Below, in pieces: positions 20,702-29,521 of a DNA stretch of 64,000 bases; within the stretch, counting starts at the first letter, position 1; every line of letters starts with the position of its first letter. Origin of the DNA: an uncultured Gammaproteobacteria bacterium (lineage in GTDB: Bacteria; Pseudomonadota; Gammaproteobacteria; Pseudomonadales; Halieaceae); the NCBI GenBank assembly GCA_963762235.1, contig CAVXKH010000006.1, positions 17,699-81,698 on the forward strand, given 5' to 3'. The notes under the pieces are model-generated. The model did not search any database and was not told the DNA's origin. It saw only the letters and a list, made by a program, of their open reading frames with translations. Position numbers and translations under genes: made by a program.

Positions 20702-21898
20702 TTATCCACGACGCAAATTGCCTGGCTTGTCACTTAAGCCATCGGGAAATTCGACAAGCAATCCAGCATCCGTGCCGACACCGGAGCTATCATAGAAGAT
20801 GTCGGAGTTCTCGCCCACAATCGCTCCGATGAGCTTGGCATCGCCCTTTGGATCCAGGGCATTGTCTACAAGGATATTGTCGTGAACGTAGATTTTCTCG
20901 GGTACCGGATCGTAGGTGGGTTTGCTGATATCCAGGTCGACGAAGTAGTAGGCAACGATTAGAACTCCCAGAGAGATATTACCCTTGATATTGTTGCCAA
21001 ATGCCTCGATATCATCGTTGGCCATAATCATGAGGCCGGTACCCGTTGGTACCTGGCCGACAATATTACCTTTCGGTGCAAAGTTTGGCTCGTTGTTCTC
21101 GACAATCATATTGTTGAATACGCGTGTTGCCTCGCCGCCCTGCACGGGGGGGCCGGGCAAATCAAATACCAGGATGCCACCGGTATTGCCGGTAGTATTG
21201 TTTTCGTATACATCGGCAAATTTGGAATTTTCAATTTCGATACCGGCGACATTCTCGTGAACATAGTTGCGGCGCACGATGATGTTCTGGGATTGGCCAA
21301 CGTAAACGCCGGCATCGCTGGCGCCCCGCACCTCGCTGTCTTCAATGAGCACATTTCGCGTTCCCACCGGGTACAATCCGTAGGACCCATTGTTTTCATC
21401 CGGGCCGTTGGTCCACTCCACGCGTACACGGCGAATGGTAACGCCGTTTGAGTCCTTTATCTTTATCGCATCGCCGGGCGAGTTTTCCACCGCGAGGTCT
21501 TCCACCACAAAGTTGTTACCGGTTGCCAGAATACTCTGGCTGCCCGTGGTCTGGTTGCCGAAGCGCAATACCGTGCCGGCTTCTGCATCCATACCCTGGC
21601 CACGCAATACGATGTTATCGACACTGACGCTCAATTCGCCGGCAAAGTCATAAGTACCAGCCGGTAATTCGATAATGGTCTTGGGCTTGGCGTTAATCAG
21701 GGCCTCCTGAGTCCTGGTCTCCAGATTGTCCCCGGTTTCGAGAGTAATGACGGTATAGCCGGGATATTCAGGGTCTGCCAGGTCGTCGGCGATGCTTAAA
21801 TTGTTGTTGCTGCCACCGGAGCAGGCCCACAGAAGGGAGAGGCCAAACACGAGTGTCAGGAGCTTTAGCCAGGTATTATTAGAGTAGGTGTTGGGCAT
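20702..21898 (-). CDS. Parallel beta-helix repeat lipoprotein
   Basis: ATG 21898 with a GGAGA SD. Lipobox LSLLWAC|SGG. Repeated right-handed beta-helix turns (NIVLRGQG, VVEDLAVENSPGDAIKI, VTIRRVRV, VLIEDSEVRGASDAGVYVG, IIVRRNYVHENVAGIEIENS...). Confidence 0.7.
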   Translation of the reverse strand: MPNTYSNNTWLKLLTLVFGLSLLWACSGGSNNNLSIADDLADPEYPGYTVITLETGDNLETRTQEALINAKPKTIIELPAGTYDFAGELSVSVDNIVLRGQGMDAEAGTVLRFGNQTTGSQSILATGNNFVVEDLAVENSPGDAIKIKDSNGVTIRRVRVEWTNGPDENNGSYGLYPVGTRNVLIEDSEVRGASDAGVYVGQSQNIIVRRNYVHENVAGIEIENSKFADVYENNTTGNTGGILVFDLPGPPVQGGEATRVFNNMIVENNEPNFAPKGNIVGQVPTGTGLMIMANDDIEAFGNNIKGNISLGVLIVAYYFVDLDISKPTYDPVPEKIYVHDNILVDNALDPKGDAKLIGAIVGENSDIFYDSSGVGTDAGLLVEFPDGLSDKPGNLRRG

Positions 21899-22067
21899 GA
21901 TTTCTCCGGACAAGGACGATCATATAAGTACAAAAAGCGGAGTATAGCAATTTCATTGGCGCGGGCCAGCATATTTCCCTTGGAGCGCCGGCTCAGCTTA
22001 TCCATGGTTTGGACCTGCGACCCCTGTAGGGGTTCTGCCATAATTACGGTTCAGAGCTCCACAGTTA

Positions 22068-25000
22068 CTATTTGCCCGCGTGCGCTGACAGGAGTCGACA
22101 TCGTGCCCGGAAGTTTTCCAGCAAACTGTCAATTCGGCCGAGCGAGCCCAGACGCTCAAGCAGTATGGCCTCAGCGTCCTCGTACAATTTCATGTCCCAA
22201 TGATTTTTTTCACGAAACTCTACGGTCAGGTCCGGTCCGAGTTCAGCAAACACGGCCTCTACGCGCTGCTCCAGGCTTCCCTCCCGGCCGGGAGTTTCGT
22301 TCTGGCGAATATATGACAGATCGATATTGGGAAAATATTGCCGAAGATAATGCTCCATGAGAAGCATGCTCTCGTCGTAGCGCTCCACGATAATGAGCAG
22401 CGGTATTCTGGTCAGCAGTGCGACACTCTCCAAATACTGCTGTTCGCCGATCGCGCTGTCAAAATTGCTGGTGCAAAAGCTGCAGTGGAAGTTGCGAATG
22501 GTGGGACCCACTTCTGGCTGCATGCGCCATCGGACATAGTCGGCAAACGACAGTCTTTTCGCCTGGATGGCCCCGGGTGTATCGGCCTCCTGGCGATGCT
22601 CAAAATCATAGACGGATCGCGCCCTGTCGATTGGATGCCGCAGCGCGATAATCGGCAAGAGTTGAAAATTCTCAGAGACTGGAAGCGGGAACCGCACATG
22701 ATGACTGGAGATAGCTGCTAGCCTTGCGTGATTTTCGATATACGGCCCCAGGAATGGCGCGCCCAGGCGCATGCTGTCATCATCGCGGTGATCGATGAAG
22801 CCATCGCCAAACTGCCGACTCAGGCTCCAGTCCAGGGTGCTGCCGGCATTTTTGAACAGATGGCAATGCACGATAACCGGTCTGGACCCGCTATCCCGTG
22901 AACGCCTTTGGGAAGGATTTTCCCCAAGTACTTTCTCGAGTGCAGCGCGAATCGTAGCGGTGCTGAATTGCTCCCTGATCACCTGTCGGCTGTTGGTGGA
23001 TAGTTTCTGCCACAGGAATTTATCCGTATATAATTCGATGACCTTGCCCGCAAATTCCGTCTCACTGTCAGAAATCAGCGCATTGTGCCCATCTGTCAGT
23101 TGCATGCCCTCCGCGCCGATGCTGCTAGTCACCACCGGTAAGCCGTAGGAGAAGCTCTGCCCGATCTTTCCCTTGATGCCTGCGCCATGTAGCAGGGGGG
23201 AGACAAAAACCCTGCTGTCGTTGAAATAGCCGGATACATCCTCCACGTACCCGGTCACGGTAATGGATGCAGATTCCATCGCTTTGATGCGTTCAGTCGG
23301 ATCACTGCCTACTATCGTCAGGTGGATGTCCGGAATCTTCCTGCGAATAAGGGGAAGAATGAACTCTATGAACCAGATAATACCCTCTTCATTGGGTGGG
23401 TGGGCGAAGCCGCCGATGAACATCAGGCCATGTCTGTCCTCAAAGCCCTTAACGCACGGCTCCAGGGAATGGATATTGGAAACCACAGCAACCTTGTCGG
23501 CAAATTTCTCGGTGGCGAGAATTTCCTTCTCGGCGGGGCTGACAACAAAAGTGGTATCCGTTTCCTCGGCCAGGAAAAACTCGAGATTCTTCCACTGTTG
23601 CACCTCAAGCTCCAGGCGACGCTGTTCACGGACAAAATGCAGATCCACAGTGTCAAAAATGGTATGGGCGTTGGAGTACTTTTTCACCAGGTGTAGATAT
23701 TTCTTGGCTGTAGCCGGCCGGGACATAAGAATAACGTCGAGATCATTGCCGCGCTCAATGATAAAGTCCTCGAAATTTATCTCTCCATAATAGGTTTCAA
23801 TACCAAGGTCCTGTAGTGTCTTCGTGTATCTGGGATCATAGGTGAGATCATCCGGCCAGAATGAGACTTTGTATTTCATGTCCTGCAATATCTGCAGCAT
23901 ATTAAGCATACGCAACGAGCCGGAATCGCGGTCAAACGTTGGAACATAGTGATCTATGATAAGAATATGTTTGTCGCCATTTCTCTCCCTGGCCCTGACA
24001 AGGCCGTCCGAGCTTGGTACATGGTTTTGCGCGAGCACCTCCTGCCACTTTTCGACAAATTTGTGGCGATTGACTTCCTGATAGCGCTTGAAGCCGGAGC
24101 TGGTGTCCTTGCCCGCTGAAGCGCCGCCGTAGTGAATAACTCGCGCGGCGGGCTGGAACACAACCTTATAGTTTTTTGCACGAACAGCAAAGCACAGGTC
24201 GGTGTCCTCGTAATAGGCGGGTGCGTAGCGCTGATCAAAGCCTCCGACATCGTCCCACAGTTTGCGCGTAAGCATCAGGCAGGCGCCGGAGCAATAGTCG
24301 ACCGCTCTTTGATAGGAATATTGTGGCAGATCGGGATTGTCACCGTGGCCGTAATTACAGCCGGTTCCGTCACGCCAGATGATGCCCCCGGCTTCCTGTA
24401 GAGATCCGTCCGGATAAATCAGTTTGGCGCCGACGATGCCAGTGCTGGCGTCGGCGAACGGCGCCAACATGGCGTCAAGCCAGCCCGGCGTTACTTCTGT
24501 ATCGTTGTTCAAAAAAAGCAGGTAGCTACCTTTAGCATTTACTGCAGCTTGATTGCACGCGTTGACGAAAACTTCGTTGGTATCATTGGTGATTACGCAA
24601 ATACCCTGCATGGATTCCAGCAGCCGGGGCGTCAGGTCGGTTGAATGATTGTCGACTACTATGATCTCGTAGCTGGCCTGGGTGTGCGCATAAACCGACT
24701 GCAGGCACTTAAGGGTAAACTGCCAGTTGTTAAAAACCGGAATAATAATACTGACAACGGGATGTTCCGGCTGCGGGAAGGATAGGGGTTCCCAGGGCCA
24801 CGCATTTTGTGGGTGGTCCGATGCCTGCATCGAGGTCTGGTCAATCGATGTCTCGACTGCGGTGCCAGAGTGTTCAATTGGTTCAATTGGTTCAATGACT
24901 TCTGCTACCTGATGCTTCGGTGTGCCAACGTCGGCCCCCAGCATGGCGTACACCTGGCGTTTGCATTGCTGGAGCAGCGCTCGCCGCCGGGTACCTTCTG

Positions 25001-26279
25001 GCAGTAATTTTTCGATGGTCTCCTGGTACTTCTTGTAGACTCTCCATGGCGGACTCCCGACAAATTGCGCGAAATCATCATCGAGTTGTTTGATTCTGGC
25101 GTCCCTCAGACCGATTTGAGTTTCCCTGAGACTGATTTGTGATTCCAGTTCCGTGATATGAAAATCCAGCTCCTCAATGCGAAATTCCCGCTCCCTGATG
25201 CGCGCTTGCAGTAAGGGAACCTCCTTGGTGCGCACGCTGTAGAGATATTCCGTATTGGCAATATACCGATATTCCCTGAAAATATTGTCGGTCTCAAACT
25301 GCCTCTGAATTCGCTTTAGCTCGGTTGTATACCAGGAAGGTTTGCTCCGATTTTCACTCAGTGCCCTGGATATGCGTACATCCCGGTTATAGAAAAGCGT
25401 CTGACCTTCCTCGAACTCGCGGTATAGCTTGTCCATGGATTCCACATCTTCCGGGGTCGCAATATCCTGCTCAGAGACCTTGCACAGCAGTCGATAGTAG
25501 TCCGCAATAACTTTGGCGCATTGCCTATCAATTTCCTGGTCTGAAATCTCGTGATGGCGCATATTTCGATCGAGAAACTGCGACAACTCCTCGGCCCGTT
25601 CGTCTGAGAAAATCGGCAGATCCAGCCCTGCGCTGCGAAATACCCGCTCCATGCTCTGTTCTGGATTGCGCAGGAGGGATTCAAATTTCACGAAGCCTCG
25701 CGGCAGATGTCTGGTATTGCGTTCCGCATCCAACATGTGTTGCATCCACAAGAGAAGCGACTTCTCGATTGCAAAGCCATTCCGGCGTGCGAGAGAATGC
25801 GCGATTTCCAGTGGATTACGAATGACCAGAGCAAAGTGCGGGGTGATATGTTCAGCAGAAAATAGTGGCAGCCACAACGGTAGCAGCTTGGCAAGTCTGG
25901 GGTCCTTCAGCGCAGATAGCTGATTTTCAGCAATATCGGTGCGCAGGAAGTGACGGATATCCTCGAGAAGCTGACTCTCTGCAAACCTGTCCAACCAGTT
26001 CTCCGGCAGTGGAAAGGTATCGTCCCAGGATGTATTTAGTGTTTCGAGAATGCAGTCGTTGGCCAGCACGACATACTTGTTTTCAAAAAATCCCTTGGGG
26101 TTGTCAGGTTGGGTCTCGAGCATCCTTGTGCCGAGGTTTACACCTAGAAGGTCGAGAATGCCGGTAAAAGCGGACGTGCCGCTGCGATGCATTCCCAAAA
26201 CGACAAGACAATTCTTCATAGATTCAGTGTGAGGAGTTTCAGGTACTTTTTTAATGTGTAATGCCCCGTCACAACCCAA
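22068..26279 (-). CDS. 1403-aa multidomain protein: sulfotransferase / coiled coil / GT2 glycosyltransferase / GT4 (GT-B) glycosyltransferase / second sulfotransferase
   Basis: Intact ORF. ST1: VVLGMHRSGTSAF (5'-PSB) and VIRNPLEIAHSL (3'-PB). Coiled coil: ~LLQARIREREFRIEELDFHITELESQISLRETQIGLRDARIKQLDDD. GT2: VSIIIPVFNN...IIVVDNHSTD...LFLNNDTEV...YYEDTDLCF. GT4: LMFIGGFAHPPNEEG...GAGIKGKIGQSFSYGLPVVTSSIGAEGM. ST2: VIVHCHLFKNAGSTLD and ALRHPIDRARSVY. The start is TTG 26279 or ATG 26219. Confidence 0.7.
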   Translation of the reverse strand: MGCDGALHIKKVPETPHTESMKNCLVVLGMHRSGTSAFTGILDLLGVNLGTRMLETQPDNPKGFFENKYVVLANDCILETLNTSWDDTFPLPENWLDRFAESQLLEDIRHFLRTDIAENQLSALKDPRLAKLLPLWLPLFSAEHITPHFALVIRNPLEIAHSLARRNGFAIEKSLLLWMQHMLDAERNTRHLPRGFVKFESLLRNPEQSMERVFRSAGLDLPIFSDERAEELSQFLDRNMRHHEISDQEIDRQCAKVIADYYRLLCKVSEQDIATPEDVESMDKLYREFEEGQTLFYNRDVRISRALSENRSKPSWYTTELKRIQRQFETDNIFREYRYIANTEYLYSVRTKEVPLLQARIREREFRIEELDFHITELESQISLRETQIGLRDARIKQLDDDFAQFVGSPPWRVYKKYQETIEKLLPEGTRRRALLQQCKRQVYAMLGADVGTPKHQVAEVIEPIEPIEHSGTAVETSIDQTSMQASDHPQNAWPWEPLSFPQPEHPVVSIIIPVFNNWQFTLKCLQSVYAHTQASYEIIVVDNHSTDLTPRLLESMQGICVITNDTNEVFVNACNQAAVNAKGSYLLFLNNDTEVTPGWLDAMLAPFADASTGIVGAKLIYPDGSLQEAGGIIWRDGTGCNYGHGDNPDLPQYSYQRAVDYCSGACLMLTRKLWDDVGGFDQRYAPAYYEDTDLCFAVRAKNYKVVFQPAARVIHYGGASAGKDTSSGFKRYQEVNRHKFVEKWQEVLAQNHVPSSDGLVRARERNGDKHILIIDHYVPTFDRDSGSLRMLNMLQILQDMKYKVSFWPDDLTYDPRYTKTLQDLGIETYYGEINFEDFIIERGNDLDVILMSRPATAKKYLHLVKKYSNAHTIFDTVDLHFVREQRRLELEVQQWKNLEFFLAEETDTTFVVSPAEKEILATEKFADKVAVVSNIHSLEPCVKGFEDRHGLMFIGGFAHPPNEEGIIWFIEFILPLIRRKIPDIHLTIVGSDPTERIKAMESASITVTGYVEDVSGYFNDSRVFVSPLLHGAGIKGKIGQSFSYGLPVVTSSIGAEGMQLTDGHNALISDSETEFAGKVIELYTDKFLWQKLSTNSRQVIREQFSTATIRAALEKVLGENPSQRRSRDSGSRPVIVHCHLFKNAGSTLDWSLSRQFGDGFIDHRDDDSMRLGAPFLGPYIENHARLAAISSHHVRFPLPVSENFQLLPIIALRHPIDRARSVYDFEHRQEADTPGAIQAKRLSFADYVRWRMQPEVGPTIRNFHCSFCTSNFDSAIGEQQYLESVALLTRIPLLIIVERYDESMLLMEHYLRQYFPNIDLSYIRQNETPGREGSLEQRVEAVFAELGPDLTVEFREKNHWDMKLYEDAEAILLERLGSLGRIDSLLENFRARCRLLSAHAGK
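24873..24897. repeat. In-frame 9-bp tandem repeat (TTCAATTGG x ~2.8) inside the megaprotein linker
   Basis: ttcaattgg ttcaattgg ttcaatg on the plus strand. It encodes IEPIEPIEH between the coiled coil and the GT2 domain. Confidence 0.8.
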
Positions 26280-26525
26280 TAGGGGAGGACGCGAAAAATA
26301 TTACAACAAAAACATCACTGCGAGGCGTATTGAGCGCGATATTTTCGGATAATTTGCCGATTTAGGTGAAAAACAGTCTGGAATGGTCGGTTGATGAGCC
26401 AAATTGACGCCTGTGCGCAAAATATGGCCAGCCCACTAATGGATAGATGAAGTTAGAGAGAGTGAGTGCGCCGAGTTTGCGGTCAGGCGCTGGTAGTGGC
26501 GATGCTGTGGGTTGAGCCAGGTGCC

Positions 26526-26723
26526 CTATCCAGATATCCCGGCAGCAGCCAGTACCCGGCTGACGGCGGCGAGCGTTTCTACCGCTTGCTGTTGGGTAAG
26601 GGATGTGGCGGTGCTTCCGACTGTTTCGTTCGCCGTGTCTTCATCCCAGGGACGATAGACAGAATTTTGTTTGTAAGCATCGTCGGTGATTTCCATAACT
26701 ACGGGTACTCTTTTTATCGTCAT
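26526..26723 (-). CDS. Hypothetical 65-aa acidic protein
   Basis: ATG 26723 is preceded by GGAGG at ~8 nt. Sequence is MTIKRVPVVMEITDDAYKQNSVYRPWDEDTANETVGSTATSLTQQQAVETLAAVSRVLAAAGISG. I recognised no family. Confidence 0.3.
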   Translation of the reverse strand: MTIKRVPVVMEITDDAYKQNSVYRPWDEDTANETVGSTATSLTQQQAVETLAAVSRVLAAAGISG

Positions 26724-26887
26724 TACGCCAGCCTCCAACTTGCCATGCTCGGGTAAGTGTCCAGAGGGCAAACCGCGTCGGTCATACTCGGTTGTCTATG
26801 GGTCCCCTGAGCAGCAAGGATAGGCTTTTTGGAGAAGGCGTGAACAGAGTGATGGTACCCAATTGAGGTAGTCAGTCCAGCAGACTA

Positions 26888-29238
26888 TTATGCTTCAGAG
26901 GACGATGTCAATTCGGCCATCAGCGCCATTCGTTGCAGTTGGGTCATGAAATGCCAGGGTACCACCAGCAGCTCTTGCAATTCTGCGGCAGGCAGCGGTT
27001 TACTGAACAGATAACCGCGCATGATAGTTAACGCCATTGGCGGCCAGAAATCGGTACTGTCCTGCTGTTTCCACACCCTCTGCCACGATATGTAGATTCA
27101 GGCTTTTGGCCATAGCGATGATCGCTTTCAGCAGCCTGGCGGCATCTTTGCGCGTGTCGCAGTCAAGCACAAAGCTGCGATCGATTTTAATTTCATCCAG
27201 GGGGTGGCGACCCAGGTAGCTGATGGGTGCATGATTCGTCCCGAAATTCTCCAGAGACAGGTAGACGCCAGTTTCCTTGAGTTCCTGCAGGAATTTGAGG
27301 ATGTCGCTATCGTTATCCATCAGTATTACCTCTGACAAGCCCAGTTCCAGCATCGACGGCGACAGGTTGGCAGCGAGTAATACCTCTCTTAGGCGGGTTA
27401 CGAACGCGGGTTTGAATTGCTGGGGTGAAATATTTATGGCTATTCTGGGCAGTTCCAGGCCTTGATCTCTAAACGCTTTCATTTGGCGACAGACTTCGAC
27501 CAATACCCAGTCGCCGAGCTCCCATATCAGCCCTATTTTTTCTGCCAGAGGAATGAATCGGGCAGGCGATACTCGACCGAATGTGGGGTTTTCCCACCGC
27601 AGTAGTGCTTCAGCGCAAATAATAGAGCCGTTGGTGGTGTCAACCTGGGGTTGGTAGTGCAAAGTGAGTTCATTTCGATCAATGGCCCTGCGTAGTTCCG
27701 ACTCGATTTTGAGGTCATCCTGGTCTGCGGCCTGCATATCCTCTCTATAGAAAAGAAAATTACTGTCGCCGGTCGATTTGGCTTCATGCATTGCTGTGCT
27801 GGCCGATCTGAGCAGTCCCTCCGCATCCATACCATTGCGAGGTGCAATTGCTATACCAATACTCGAATTCACCACTAACTCATGGCCATTAATGGTCACG
27901 GGCTCAACGAGCCTGTCAATTATGCGCTGGGCAACCAGTCCGGCAGCGTCGATGCTATCAAGCTGGCCGAGAACCACGGCGAATTCATCGCCTCCAAACC
28001 GGGCGACATTCAATTCCTCATTTGCATTCCGGTAATGCGCCAGTATGTCACTGCTACGCAGGCAACTTACCAGACGTTTACCCACTTCCTGTAGGAGCGA
28101 GTCGCCGGCACTGCGCCCCAGCGACTCGTTGATACGACTAAAATTGTCCAGATTGAGGAACAGCACTGCCAGCGGCTTTGCGTTACGAGCGCACACGCGC
28201 AGCAGTAGCTCGAGTTGTTCTATAAACAGCTGACGATTGGGTAGTGATGTCAGTAGGTCGTAGTTGGCCAGGCGATGCAGTGCTTCCCTGGTTGCGCTGA
28301 TCTCTTCGGTCGCTTTGCTTAGCTGCTGTTCTCGAATGGACAGCTGGGCTGCTCTTTCATCTGCCCTGAGTGTAAGCAGTTTGTGATCCAGTCCAGCTTC
28401 GTACTTTTTGTTGGCCGAACCGTCTATCATGGCATTGAATACACCTGGCAATAGCCTCAAACTCGTCTTCTTTCCTGAGCCGTAGCTTCCCTGGATTTTC
28501 TCCGGACAAGATTTCGTTGGCCAGTTGCTTTAGTTGTGTGAGCGAAGCTGTTGCGTGTCTGGTGATCAGATAGACTGGGATAGCGCTTAGTACGAGAAGT
28601 ATCAGGCTGCAAAAAAACCACCGGCTGGCTATGGGGCGCACATCCTGCAACAAAATGCCGCGGTCAATTGCCAGGTTTATGTAGCCTATGACCAGGAGGC
28701 TGCTATTTTTTGCGTCGGGTTCAATCAATGCTGGAACGAAATCCGATAACTCCAGGTCTTTGGCATTGGGATTGACCGGGGAAAAAACCGGCGTCGTCAG
28801 GAGTATTGTGGGATTGCTCGCTTTGAGCGATGACCAAAAGCCGGTGCCGGTCTTGTTGTGGGCACCGTCGAATGCGGTCAAACCGGTTTCTGTGACTGCA
28901 AACTCGGCCCTTGTGACCTCCAGTGACGGGATGTTCCGAGGGATTACACTGCTGAGGTCTGTCCTCGCTATTACGTCGCCAAGGCTGTTGTAGGCAACCG
29001 CGACCGAGACCGCACCGGATTCCAGAAAGTTACCCAGAAATTGGTGCAGGCGGGATTCATCATGACGATAGAAGTAAAGCTGTAAATCCGGACGGTTCGG
29101 CACTCGTGCCAGAGCCGTATCAACCACTTTGTCCAGAGCGACCTGATACTCTCGCTGGGCTATATATCCTGTAGCAATACAGCTGAGAAGGAGGCCCAGG
29201 AAAATGAAGACAGCTGTAACCTTTGTGGCGATAGTCAT
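26888..29238 (-). CDS. Membrane sensor with GGDEF (diguanylate cyclase) and EAL (phosphodiesterase) domains, with two +1 frame breaks (~28440 and ~27022)
   Basis: N-terminus is TM - ~170-aa periplasmic domain - TM - linker (ORF 28357-29238). GGDEF region: RFGGDEFAVVLG. EAL region: CAEALLRWENP...DEIKIDRSF (ORF 27000-28460). The C-terminal MRGYLFSKPLPAAEL reads in ORF 26888-27076. Confidence 0.85.
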
Positions 29239-29521
29239 CCGAATAGTTCCTCATCCATTGAGGGGCAGATGTTACCCCCACCGACACCGGGGCCGCACGC
29301 CTCATCCGCCGCCATGGCAATCTACATCACCGATTTCTGCACGAATTCCAGAGTGTGACTATAAGGTATCCGACTAATTTAGTCATCACTTGAGTAATAG
29401 CACGGGACTGGCTAATCAGAGTTATTGCTTTGCTGTGTCGCTATGAAATTTGCTCTCACTATGCACAGCCCCTAAACTGGTGGTCTTGAGTAAAAGGGTA
29501 TTTGGGAAGCGGGTGTCCAGG

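Noticed and set aside
21956-22360. 134-aa plus-strand ORF at the 3' end of the megaprotein gene
   Set aside because: It overlaps the intact 1403-aa minus-strand ORF and the intergenic region. It has no SD or motif support.
26220-26279. 20-codon N-terminal extension of the megaprotein from a TTG start
   Set aside because: Neither TTG 26279 nor ATG 26219 has a convincing SD. The sulfotransferase P-loop begins right after the ATG, so the extension is probably not translated. I kept the ORF-track coordinate and noted the alternative.
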